Shown here: in pieces, positions 48,242-57,750 of the stretch
Layout: each line of letters begins with the position of its first letter
Numbering within the stretch: the stretch's first letter is position 1
Source of the DNA: a virus
IMG/VR virus record: IMGVR_UViG_3300043028_000007
Span: 86,239 to 150,238 of that record
Strand: one strand, 5' to 3'
Length of the DNA stretch: 64,000 bases
Translations under genes and position numbers: made by a program
The notes under the pieces: model-generated
Told to the model about the DNA's origin: nothing
Databases searched by the model: none
What the model saw: only the letters and a program-made list of their open reading frames with translations

Positions 48242-48670
48242 TCACCTCGTTGGTTTAAACGTTATCATTTTATCTTCTGTTATATGAAGGATATCGGAAT
48301 AGTTATACGGGAGACTATTTTCATTAGGATATATCTTAATGTCTAAAAAAATATCATAGTTAGTTTTAGACTCGTCTCTATATTCCGGAGAACAATCGAT
48401 ATCGATAATTTCTTCTGGAAAAATTCTCTCATACACGTCTTTAAGTACTATACCAATATTGCTACATAAAGTATGGGGGTCTTTGCTATATTGTGCCATA
48501 AGTTGTTTAGCGGATATTTCTTCTTCTTTATAAGTAATAAATATAGAACTAGGTATAGAAGTGAAATATCTTAATACATATATAATTTTTTCTTCAGGCT
48601 CATGCAATAGCGGAGTCGTTATATGCATAGTCGGTATGATAGTTGTGACCATATGGTTCTCCTTTATCAA
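48242..48670 (-). CDS. Conserved small protein, possibly gp25-like sheath initiator/baseplate fold
   Basis: Real start probably MVTT with AAGGAG SD; helix-then-beta pattern L..VYERIFP...IDI......YDI.LDI. Confidence 0.4.
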   Translation of the reverse strand: MIKENHMVTTIIPTMHITTPLLHEPEEKIIYVLRYFTSIPSSIFITYKEEEISAKQLMAQYSKDPHTLCSNIGIVLKDVYERIFPEEIIDIDCSPEYRDESKTNYDIFLDIKIYPNENSLPYNYSDILHITEDKMITFKPTR

Positions 48671-48677
48671 AAACTTA

Positions 48678-48704
48678 AATAAGAGGAGAATTTCTCCTCT
48701 TATT
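48678..48704 (-). terminator. Terminator hairpin
   Basis: aataagaggagaa-t-ttctcctcttatt. Confidence 0.7.
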
Positions 48705-48706
48705 AA

Positions 48707-49312
48707 TTAGCTTCTATTCATTGGATAATTCGTTGGGTCCTTATATGTAGTTTTCAAAATATTCTTGATATATTGTCTGGTCTCCATTATGTAATCCATC
48801 TCATCCAGTGACAGTTCTGGATCAGTGTCTTTGAATTCAAAAGTCAATGTTAAATTACCATCTTCATCGAGTGCTTCCAATGTATCTTCAACGTAACCAT
48901 TTTTACAAAGTCTCCCATAATAATCTTCTTCTGGCAACAAAGCCTCATCAAAACCAAAGCCATCTATACGACCTTCTTTTAAAAGACTTCTTACTTCTGG
49001 CTCAAGTAATATAGGCAATATCATTTTAGATGGTATGTTAATGAGGTCATCTTCACAAATAATAGGCTTATATCCTTCGGTCTCAAATAACTGATTAGCG
49101 ATTATTTTAACTTTATTGGCCTCTTCCATTATATCAGTTATAAAAGTCGATACAAACGTTTCCCTATTGCTTTTGAAGATATCGTTTACTGATCCAAAAT
49201 ATTCAGAATTCATTCCATAACTATTATTGATATCGTCTATAATAGCCTTACTTCCTGAAGTACCTAATAAAGCCCCTGCGGGTACCATACAATTCAAATC
49301 TATAATGTCCAT
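48707..49312 (-). CDS. Conserved jumbo phage protein (201 aa; possibly phiKZ gp59-like)
   Basis: P.VR.L..EGRIDGF and C-terminal DPT motifs; downstream of the gp55-like gene. Confidence 0.5.
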   Translation of the reverse strand: MDIIDLNCMVPAGALLGTSGSKAIIDDINNSYGMNSEYFGSVNDIFKSNRETFVSTFITDIMEEANKVKIIANQLFETEGYKPIICEDDLINIPSKMILPILLEPEVRSLLKEGRIDGFGFDEALLPEEDYYGRLCKNGYVEDTLEALDEDGNLTLTFEFKDTDPELSLDEMDYIMETRQYIKNILKTTYKDPTNYPMNRS

Positions 49313-49380
49313 TTACCTCTCCTTTTATTCCTATTGTAATATATCCAAAAATCATTATAAATTACTAGCCTGCACTACTA

Positions 49381-49399
49381 TAGTAATATATATTTAAAA
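49381..49399 (-). promoter_or_regulatory. Early promoter motif
   Basis: tagtaatatatatttaaaa. Confidence 0.7.
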
Positions 49400-49843
49400 G
49401 GTATTAGAAAAAATATAATTAAATAAATCTTGTTTAAACCAATCTAGAAATAAGAAATGTACTATCTCAGGTAATCTATGGTTATTTTCTTTAATTTTAC
49501 ATCTTATTATTAGTACATTGGTTATAGTAGTAAATACGATATGGTAAGTTTCTTTTTCTTTCTTATACTTGATAGTACTATGATAACCTAATCTAGAGAT
49601 ATACAGATGTGCTTCAATATTTTGGTTAAAGTTACCTAGATGGATTATCATATCTGTCTTATTGATTTTAGTTGTTTGAGCATAAAATATTTCATTATCT
49701 AAGTAAATATAATCCTGTTGAGAAATCTTATCGGCGTTTCTTTTTATTTCTCTCATTAACCCAGATATCTTAGTAAAATCTATGACTTCTCTTCTTACTA
49801 TTTTGGTTTTCTTATTATTGAATAGAGCTTTGAAAAATAACAT
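49394..49843 (-). CDS. Hypothetical protein (149 aa)
   Basis: AAGGGA SD. Confidence 0.55.
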   Translation of the reverse strand: MLFFKALFNNKKTKIVRREVIDFTKISGLMREIKRNADKISQQDYIYLDNEIFYAQTTKINKTDMIIHLGNFNQNIEAHLYISRLGYHSTIKYKKEKETYHIVFTTITNVLIIRCKIKENNHRLPEIVHFLFLDWFKQDLFNYIFSNTF

Positions 49844-49866
49844 TTTTATCCCTTATAAAAAATAAA

Positions 49867-49905
49867 ATATACGACTGTGGATTTATATTATCCACAGTCG
49901 TATAT
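49867..49905 (-). terminator. Terminator hairpin
   Basis: atatacgactgtggat-ttatatt-atccacagtcgtatat with T-run. Confidence 0.8.
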
Positions 49906-49913
49906 ATGTACCT

Positions 49914-51476
49914 TTAATTGTTTTCCAGAAAACCATTAAGCAATATAAGATCGCTTGGATTAAGCCAAGCGGCTGTGTCAGATATAGTTAAATCCGTATC
50001 ATTATTAACCATTCTTCCACATGGATGATATGCCTTTATCAACTCATCTATTTTATCCAATTCGAATATAGGTAAGATATTCATATGGTCTCCATCGAAG
50101 TCTGCATTTGGATCTTTGACTATCATGGTACTGATCCCTATGGTATTATCCGAAATATCGACTTCATCAAAATCACTAGGCGATGTCTTTAGACTAGGAC
50201 CTATTTCAGTAATGAATAATAGCTGAATCGACCCTGGGTTAAGTCCGGGATTTCGTCCTATATATACTGGTAAGCCAGGTAATTTAGTTTTAACATATTT
50301 CTTTTGTCTATAGTCATATATATCACCTTCAGCTTCATCTATTATAGTCTGTAATATTTGATCTATCTCAAAGTCATATTTGATATAGGCTTTTTCGATT
50401 TTCTTAATCGCTTCTAATGGATCATATTTCTTTCTCCAGATAAGATGATTAAGTACTATCATCTTGTATGTTGCCAGTCCCATTTTCCAACTTACATGAA
50501 CTTCATCACCATCGTGGATTTTGGTAATTGGTCTAATTACACCTCTCATAGTAGTATGCAATCGTGAACCATAAATATGTTCTATAAGGATACCATATTT
50601 GGTACTTAACTTAGTTTTGACTATTTTGCTTATATACTCTATATAAGCTTTATAAGCTTTAAATACTATCTTTTCTATCTTCTGTTGCTGAGATGTAGTA
50701 TTTATACCTTTAATAAAATTGACTGCAACTAAATCCACTATACATTCAGATAGGTCATTTGATGCATCGTCTTTGTATTTCCTACTACTACCGTTTTTAG
50801 TAATGGGATGCAGTTCCTTAGGAAGTATCGGTAGTTTAGTACAGAATATCTTATCCCGGTTTTCTTTGAGAAATTTGCGTATAAATGGTGTATCTACTTT
50901 CTTTTTAGTCTTAGGATGTATCTCTAAGAAATAGTTCATTATGTAATCAAAATTTTCATAAACATATTTAAACCCTCTCCCATCAAAATACTCGGCTATT
51001 TCTGGGGGGGTCTTATGTTTAGGATCGACTATAAGTAGGTCATCTAGGTAGTTATGTCTACCTTTCTTCATTCGCTGTAACCATGAAGACAATACCACGT
51101 ATACCCACGGATGAATAAATGCCGGAACTTCATTAGGAACACCTATCCATACTTTATGATGAAAATCGTAAGTAAAGCCTGATACTACTTCCGTTTTACA
51201 TATAGGACATATAGTTCCTTCGTATTTGTTATCCATAAGATCGGGATTACCGCATTCGCAAGATGCTACGAAACCGATGTCTTCTAATTTATTTTCTTTA
51301 AATATAACTTCATTGATACTCTGCGATAAATCTTCTACAGTAGTATCTACATTGTTAACTATAATAGGTTCATTGGTTTCAGCAAACATCTCATCGATAT
51401 CGTACAATTTGAATATTCGAAAAATGTCTTGATCCTTTCTTTGAACTAACTCAGATGTCAAAGAATCATAAATCAT
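49914..51476 (-). CDS. rpoC: Non-virion RNA polymerase beta-prime N-terminal/catalytic subunit (phiKZ gp55-56.1-like)
   Basis: CECG...CPIC zinc finger, GSR....R.VI, RNP.L...S, catalytic NADFDGD. Confidence 0.93.
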   Translation of the reverse strand: MIYDSLTSELVQRKDQDIFRIFKLYDIDEMFAETNEPIIVNNVDTTVEDLSQSINEVIFKENKLEDIGFVASCECGNPDLMDNKYEGTICPICKTEVVSGFTYDFHHKVWIGVPNEVPAFIHPWVYVVLSSWLQRMKKGRHNYLDDLLIVDPKHKTPPEIAEYFDGRGFKYVYENFDYIMNYFLEIHPKTKKKVDTPFIRKFLKENRDKIFCTKLPILPKELHPITKNGSSRKYKDDASNDLSECIVDLVAVNFIKGINTTSQQQKIEKIVFKAYKAYIEYISKIVKTKLSTKYGILIEHIYGSRLHTTMRGVIRPITKIHDGDEVHVSWKMGLATYKMIVLNHLIWRKKYDPLEAIKKIEKAYIKYDFEIDQILQTIIDEAEGDIYDYRQKKYVKTKLPGLPVYIGRNPGLNPGSIQLLFITEIGPSLKTSPSDFDEVDISDNTIGISTMIVKDPNADFDGDHMNILPIFELDKIDELIKAYHPCGRMVNNDTDLTISDTAAWLNPSDLILLNGFLENN

Positions 51477-51524
51477 CTATTGTCTCCTTTTCATTTTCAT
51501 TCGTAAACAAAAATTAAAACGATA

Positions 51525-51556
51525 AAGTATATGGATGCCTAAACATCCATATACTT
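51525..51556 (-). terminator. Terminator hairpin after chimallin
   Basis: aagtatatggatg-cctaaa-catccatatactt. Confidence 0.75.
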
Positions 51557-51567
51557 AAATATCGTTA

Positions 51568-53175
51568 TTACATGTCAAAGAAGGAGATATTGTCCCCGAA
51601 ACTGACGGTGTTGTTTCCGATTGAGCTCAATGGATTGATCTTACTGAATCCGGAACTCTGATTTGCAAGACCTGATAGATCAAGTCCTGTATTGTTTGCA
51701 ACGGAAATGGTATTGAAAGACAGCTTCTCTGAAACAGATTTGCTGATCTTCTTTAGGAAAGTCGGGCTCAGTGCCACTGATTGGTGTACATAAAGTGGTT
51801 TTACTTCTGCGATAGTATTTGAAATCGCCTTTAGTGTTTCATGTGGTCTGTCCGATTTCTTAAGAAGGAAGTCGATCATATTTAGATTATTACTTGACTT
51901 AGCGAACTTAGGTGCGAGTGCAAGATAATCGATAACACGACTATCCCTCATCTGTCCTTCGTAATTAATTAGACCACCGAATTCTTTAAATGCAACGTCA
52001 CCGATCTTTACAACAGATGAGTCATATTCGTCACCGGTAAATCTACAGAACTCTTCTATAATAGAAGAATGGTCATCTGATACCAACTTACCTAGGCCAG
52101 GAACCATAGGCCTGCCTGCAGAAATATCGATACACAGTGCTGGTTCAGCGAACCACTTGAACATGAATTCTTCGAAATCGTTCATGTTCTGTACTTGATA
52201 TAGTTTCTCATTACCATCTTTATCTGGCCTGATACCAGCAACTGCACCAACATTGACTCCATTAAGGAAATTTACGAACTGAGCTTTCCACTGCTTCTTG
52301 ACGATAAGTGAATCAGTAATTACTGCATATAGATATGTGAGTGAAGTAATGTCTGGAATAGCAGGAACTATATCGGTAATTCTTACAATTGGCAAGAACT
52401 TTTTCTGTGTTCCGTCTGCATAGATACCATATTTTGGATTATAAACAATATCGACATAACCTGTCGCAAAACCAAGCACTCTGCTGGTTTTCTGAGGCTT
52501 CTGGTCGAAGCCAAGATTCAGGTTCTGAGCAGGCTCACTCATAGTTACCATAAGAGTAAGATCATTTCTTGCAGGTGTTACTGGACATGTATTTGCATAC
52601 TGATTATATGCTCTATCGAACATTTCGATGTTGATAGTTTTATTTTTCATGTCCTTCAGTTTTGCTGATTTAAAAACATCGGCATGTACTCTGATGGTAA
52701 GTAGATTATATATCCATAGAGCCATCTGCTCTCTTCTGTCATACTCATCTTTAGTTACGATGATTGTGTTAAGAACGATCTTGATATTTGGTACTGTTTC
52801 CTTAATGGTCTTATTTACCAACGGAATGATACTTGCAGGAATCTCATTATTAAGAGTACTGAAGGTTTCTTCCATAATAAGAGCAACGGCTGAGTTTGCC
52901 GCATAATAAACAATAACGGTTGTATTATTGATGTTAAGTACTCTTGTATCTACTTTAAAACCGATACGTTCTTGATTGAGTTCGTCCTGAATACCTTTGT
53001 AGTATTCGGTACCAGCCTTAGATAGGCCTGCATTACCGAATTGGCAGATATTCAGTGCATTAGTAAATGGGTTAATTGAGGGGGGCTCGTTCTCTTCAAT
53101 TTTTTCATTTATCTGAGTTTTTGTTTCTTTTACTTCTTCTTCACTGAATTCGTTGATCTTCATTTTATCCTCCAT
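51568..53175 (-). CDS. chmA: Chimallin (ChmA/PhuN) phage nuclear shell protein
   Basis: PARND, GYVD..Y, P..RIT, W..QF, VGA and RDSRVIDYLA motifs; immediately upstream of the gp55-like subunit; early promoter; real start may be 53163 (GGAGG SD). Confidence 0.82.
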   Translation of the reverse strand: MEDKMKINEFSEEEVKETKTQINEKIEENEPPSINPFTNALNICQFGNAGLSKAGTEYYKGIQDELNQERIGFKVDTRVLNINNTTVIVYYAANSAVALIMEETFSTLNNEIPASIIPLVNKTIKETVPNIKIVLNTIIVTKDEYDRREQMALWIYNLLTIRVHADVFKSAKLKDMKNKTINIEMFDRAYNQYANTCPVTPARNDLTLMVTMSEPAQNLNLGFDQKPQKTSRVLGFATGYVDIVYNPKYGIYADGTQKKFLPIVRITDIVPAIPDITSLTYLYAVITDSLIVKKQWKAQFVNFLNGVNVGAVAGIRPDKDGNEKLYQVQNMNDFEEFMFKWFAEPALCIDISAGRPMVPGLGKLVSDDHSSIIEEFCRFTGDEYDSSVVKIGDVAFKEFGGLINYEGQMRDSRVIDYLALAPKFAKSSNNLNMIDFLLKKSDRPHETLKAISNTIAEVKPLYVHQSVALSPTFLKKISKSVSEKLSFNTISVANNTGLDLSGLANQSSGFSKINPLSSIGNNTVSFGDNISFFDM

Positions 53176-53315
53176 GGAAGTAAGTTAAAAGTAGCACCAT
53201 ATTGCTACCTATGTTACTAAGGGACATATTTCTGGATTTTGAATATAACCCTTAAACTTAAAATTCTTATAACTTATTGTTATTTAATTAAAATATACAA
53301 TCAGTTAACTCATTC

Positions 53316-53334
53316 TAGTAATATATAGTTAAAA
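53316..53334 (-). promoter_or_regulatory. Early promoter motif for chmA
   Basis: TTTTAACTATATATTACTA on minus. Confidence 0.75.
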
Positions 53335-53428
53335 ATGCATTCATTTTTATAGGAACAGCTAGACTGTTCCTTCTTATGGATTTTATATATTGTATAATCC
53401 AAATTAAAAATAAAAGGACTATATATTT

Positions 53429-54598
53429 ATGTTACTCGAAACTATTTATAGATACTACGAAAACACTGCATCTAAGGGAACTACTCCCTTATCTAAATAT
53501 GATGACTATATAATAATGTTATCCAATAGAAAAATACAATTGATGGATAGATTAGATAAAGGGTATATAGTAGAGACAAAAGGTGCTAGACTAATAAAAC
53601 ATATATTAGGTTTAGTCGAACATAATGTATTAAAAAACTATATATCCGATTTAGATAAGCTATTAAATTATTTCCTACCTAATAAAGATTTATTCGATGG
53701 TATATTTGATGTAGTTCGAACAAACAAAACCTATGAAGCTTTATTTTGTAGTCCAAGTAACATATTTAATCCGGATGAATTTATATTGCCTATAAGTAAA
53801 TTTAACTATATAGATGATTTACCACTAGATCAACCTTGGGGATATTGGACTAATGAAAAACCAGTTAGTATATTGAGCCATGATAGTAAGGAATATACCT
53901 TAGATATAGAGCATGGGATAAAATTCAATATAGATCCCCCGTTCTTTATGGTAATAGGTATAGATACCATAGTCCTTACTTTTATGTACCATAAATATAT
54001 AGAAGCTAACCCAAAAGAATTGTTTCCTTTACAGACATTTATATATAACTATGTAATTATTCCTCTACTAAATGATTTACAAGACATATGGTTAAGGAAT
54101 CAGATATCACATATAGTAGATATGGTATCGTCTGGTAATTATGACCGAATAAACGAATTATCAGATAAGGTTAAAAATTTTAGTGATTATAATTATATTG
54201 GGTCCAATTATAAAGGCATGATAAAAGAAATAACCGACTCTATACAGAAATTACAAAAAGGTAACTTTAATGTAAGATCTATATTGGATAGTATGTACTT
54301 AAGTAATCCGACTGTATCATTATTTCAACATATCGAGATGTTGCATAAGGAATGGAGACTTCCTGAATTAAGACAATATGAAGTATCGACTTATTTAAAA
54401 GATATGTATGTGGTAAAACTTCTACTTAAACTATTTATGTTAAATAAAGATAGCTCCGAATCTAAAAACTTGATGATACGTATCAATAGAGATATAGATA
54501 GGTTCCATAGAAATAAGTTTTGGCAGAATAGTAAACAGCCTATAGTAAAAGAAATTATAAAAGATGACTTAGAAGAAATAAAGAAATTGATAAACTAG
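53429..54598 (+). CDS. Conserved jumbo phage protein divergent from chmA (phiKZ gp52-like by position)
   Basis: 389 aa; W....PV.ILSHD, VI.ID...L..MY..Y motifs. Confidence 0.55.
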   Translation: MLLETIYRYYENTASKGTTPLSKYDDYIIMLSNRKIQLMDRLDKGYIVETKGARLIKHILGLVEHNVLKNYISDLDKLLNYFLPNKDLFDGIFDVVRTNKTYEALFCSPSNIFNPDEFILPISKFNYIDDLPLDQPWGYWTNEKPVSILSHDSKEYTLDIEHGIKFNIDPPFFMVIGIDTIVLTFMYHKYIEANPKELFPLQTFIYNYVIIPLLNDLQDIWLRNQISHIVDMVSSGNYDRINELSDKVKNFSDYNYIGSNYKGMIKEITDSIQKLQKGNFNVRSILDSMYLSNPTVSLFQHIEMLHKEWRLPELRQYEVSTYLKDMYVVKLLLKLFMLNKDSSESKNLMIRINRDIDRFHRNKFWQNSKQPIVKEIIKDDLEEIKKLIN

Positions 54599-54634
54599 AC
54601 TATAAGGATGGGGGATGTCCCATCCTTATAGTCT
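54597..54634. terminator. Bidirectional terminator hairpin
   Basis: agactataaggatggg-ggatgt-cccatccttatagtct between convergent genes. Confidence 0.8.
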
Positions 54635-56025
54635 TATTCTGTTTGTAATCTAATTATCATAATAGCTGTTGCTGAAAAATAATAGTCATCTACTCTATCT
54701 TCAGGAACTATATCGTAGCGAACATATTCCAGAATACCAGACTTAACCGAGTACTTGCCTTCATCATCATAGTGATAATAGACCTTTTGTCCAGGATATA
54801 ACGATTTAGGTATAGCTTTAAACCATTTAACTAAAAGTAAATTAGCATTACTTTTGACTATATCGCTTGCATGTTTATAGGTATTTACACATGGTTCTCT
54901 ATATTGAGTATTGAGTACTTGATCTCCCATACTTTTATTTGTAGTCATTTCTAAATTAATCAAATTATCTTCTTTAATATAACTACCATTTTCCTCAACT
55001 ACAATATATTTATCTATTATCCTGTCGGCTCTTATATGAGTAATACCGTTACCGAAGTTTTCTAATCCGACTTCAGTTAGGTCTTTACTTATGACCTCTG
55101 AATTTGATAAAATGTGGATATTCTTACCTTTGATCATATGATATGCTTCTAGACCCGAATAGTGACCCTCTGGAATATTGTAAATATTAATATTTTCATT
55201 GATGTTCTCTTGGTCCGTATCGTAAGGAGGATAGATATAGAGTACATCGTCCGTATAATAGTAATTGAACCCATTGTGATATACACCATATTTGTCATGG
55301 ATATATTCGAAGATAGTATCTATTCCCATGGGAGGAGAAAGTATTATGTGTTTGTATCCATTTGTATTATCCGGTGTTACTATATGTACATTACTTATAC
55401 CAAACATCATAGCTATAGTGTGTAAGGTCTTTTCTATAGTAAGAGTGCTGTCTCTTCCAGATAATATAGTATTTAACTTAGAGTGTCTAATTTGATATAT
55501 TTTATCATCTATCAATTGTAAAGATACTTCTAACCTAGCTGATCTATGACCTTCCTGTATAGGATCACCTTCGTCTGGCCTTAGTAGTTCAATTGGGTAT
55601 TTTTTAGTTAGATCTTCTGGATCTAAAATAAGACACCTATAATTTCTGACTATAGGTTTTCTATCGTTTATATTCTCTTTAATATTTGCATGGAAATAAT
55701 TCATTTCTATATTGATATATAGGTCTTGATGATTTTTAACTAACTCAAAATATTCCAAAGGAGTTAATAAGACTTCCAATGTAATATAGTCAGTAAAATG
55801 TCCTCTATCTTCTAATTTACCATAGTCGTCAGTTAAATTATTTGCAAAAGCTTGTTCTAACTGTTCTCGAACAACTTCATCGAGATCTATGTTTAGTTCT
55901 TTATTTTTATAGCTCTTTATAACTGCCTTGTACTTAAAATAATAACCGTCTTCTGTTTCAGCTATATGGTCCACTATACCCTGAACCATATTTTCTAACT
56001 GTTTACTTATCTTCACTATCGTCAT
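54634..56025 (-). CDS. Putative baseplate hub-like virion protein
   Basis: PDN...Y.HI.......I..YI..KYGVY..G..YY.....YIYPPYD and W.......LYPG..V motifs; start re-set to MTIVK. Confidence 0.5.
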   Translation of the reverse strand: MTIVKISKQLENMVQGIVDHIAETEDGYYFKYKAVIKSYKNKELNIDLDEVVREQLEQAFANNLTDDYGKLEDRGHFTDYITLEVLLTPLEYFELVKNHQDLYINIEMNYFHANIKENINDRKPIVRNYRCLILDPEDLTKKYPIELLRPDEGDPIQEGHRSARLEVSLQLIDDKIYQIRHSKLNTILSGRDSTLTIEKTLHTIAMMFGISNVHIVTPDNTNGYKHIILSPPMGIDTIFEYIHDKYGVYHNGFNYYYTDDVLYIYPPYDTDQENINENINIYNIPEGHYSGLEAYHMIKGKNIHILSNSEVISKDLTEVGLENFGNGITHIRADRIIDKYIVVEENGSYIKEDNLINLEMTTNKSMGDQVLNTQYREPCVNTYKHASDIVKSNANLLLVKWFKAIPKSLYPGQKVYYHYDDEGKYSVKSGILEYVRYDIVPEDRVDDYYFSATAIMIIRLQTE

Positions 56026-56524
56026 ATGTGTCAGTCCCTTCTTTGATCTTAATATATGCAAATATATCGTCCAACTTATTCCTTAATTCCTCGACGTGTG
56101 GCTTTAGGCCCGGATCATCAAATGCCAGAGCTCTAAGCCTATCGTAAATTTCAGTTAAAAACCGGTTAGCCTTAATAAGATAATTAATAGCTCTTTCACT
56201 ATGATTATATTGTCTTAATTGAGTCATATAATCATCTAAACGAACATACATGTCGATTAAGTCTAATCGATTAACGATAGTGACTGGTATATCTTTTTCC
56301 CTATAGTTAATTATATCGCCTATACTTAAACTGGCCATACATTTTTGTAAAGGAGATGCAGGATTAAATGGAGGTATTATTGTATCACCATTTTCATCTT
56401 CTTCTAAATAATAGGGAGATACAGATGCTGTATAGGAAGGAACTAATACATCGTACTTTCGATGTTTTATATATTCACTTATATCGGTATACACATTCGG
56501 ACTACCCATTTTCTCTCTCCACAT
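56003..56524 (-). CDS. Conserved jumbo phage protein (173 aa)
   Basis: Operon with structural genes. Confidence 0.55.
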   Translation of the reverse strand: MWREKMGSPNVYTDISEYIKHRKYDVLVPSYTASVSPYYLEEDENGDTIIPPFNPASPLQKCMASLSIGDIINYREKDIPVTIVNRLDLIDMYVRLDDYMTQLRQYNHSERAINYLIKANRFLTEIYDRLRALAFDDPGLKPHVEELRNKLDDIFAYIKIKEGTDTYDDSEDK

Positions 56525-56528
56525 TAAA

Positions 56529-57749
56529 TTAAGTTATATTAGCTAATGCCAAATCTATTAGATATATATAAATAGGCATTCGGTAAAATTTCTTTTCTTT
56601 TGGTAAAGACTGGAATTTTTCCAGATAATTGGTAATCAATATCTCTGGATCATTTATCTCACCTAAAGTTATAGCGGAATATACCATTTTTTCAAATACA
56701 GTATCTTCATCAGTTTCTGTACTGTCCATAATTGTACCATTATAGAAACTTTCAGAGAACAAATAGTATTCGTAATCGACATTTATTCTAACATCATTTA
56801 TTAGACTATTAGATTCCTCATCGTCTATTATTACGTATCGTCTATTGAATAGGCCTGTAATCGTATTTGACCAAGTATATAGGGCATGTTCATATATATG
56901 TTTATATTTTTTAATATACTGTATATTGGTACCTTCATTCTCCGTTATTAGAGACCAAATTGTATCATAATAGAAATCTGATATATATGTAAACAGCTGC
57001 TGTGGTCTTCTATTTGTCTCCATAATGGATACTTTTTTATTCATGAACTCAACTACATATGGATCATAAATGCTATTATCGTCTATTAAAAGCGTATTGT
57101 GTTTTTTATTATAGAAATAATCATAGTACCGTTTAACTATAATTTCTCTATATGAAGATAGTGCTTCGAATAGATGAAAATCTTTAGTAGTGAGTAGAGA
57201 GAAGTTATTAGTAAAGTACTTGTCTCTTTGAAAATAATATTCGTTAACTACGCTGGAATTTAATTTTTCTAAGTCCCCATTTTCTAACATCTTATTCATA
57301 TAACAAGTTGCTTCGTAATATGAGAATCTTTCCATAGTAAGTCTTCTCATACTTGTTATTATGAATATTGCCAAATTACCAGTGTCTAAAGGCATTAAGA
57401 AAAGGTCACCTATATTAGCTTGAAAGCCAGGATATATCAATAGATTAAAATGTACTATAGTCTCTGTAGTTTCTTCATTTATTTCTTCCGTTAGGTCACT
57501 AGTAGCCTTTAGTTCAAAATTATGTATCAGATGATACTTCTTATGGATACTGTGTCTTAATGTAGAAAAAGAAGTATCCAGAGTTTGCTTATCTATTTCT
57601 GAATTAATGGCATTGTAATAATCGACCGTTATCGGAATACTATCATTAAATTGGGCCATGGTATTAAAGGTATCGTTATACCTTTTGGGTATAATAGAAC
57701 TTTTACTCATAAAGGTTTCGTATACTTCACCTTCTCTATTTTCTATCAT
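56529..57749 (-). CDS. Putative virion structural protein
   Basis: VDYY, Y.LI..FELK, YPG..ANIGDLF and YDPY motifs; start re-set to MIENR just after the upstream stop. Confidence 0.55.
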   Translation of the reverse strand: MIENREGEVYETFMSKSSIIPKRYNDTFNTMAQFNDSIPITVDYYNAINSEIDKQTLDTSFSTLRHSIHKKYHLIHNFELKATSDLTEEINEETTETIVHFNLLIYPGFQANIGDLFLMPLDTGNLAIFIITSMRRLTMERFSYYEATCYMNKMLENGDLEKLNSSVVNEYYFQRDKYFTNNFSLLTTKDFHLFEALSSYREIIVKRYYDYFYNKKHNTLLIDDNSIYDPYVVEFMNKKVSIMETNRRPQQLFTYISDFYYDTIWSLITENEGTNIQYIKKYKHIYEHALYTWSNTITGLFNRRYVIIDDEESNSLINDVRINVDYEYYLFSESFYNGTIMDSTETDEDTVFEKMVYSAITLGEINDPEILITNYLEKFQSLPKEKKFYRMPIYIYLIDLALANIT

Positions 57750-57750
57750 C

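Noticed and set aside
29586-51476. Group I introns or homing endonucleases splitting RNAP genes as in phiKZ
   Set aside because: The beta and beta-prime frames are continuous and of expected size
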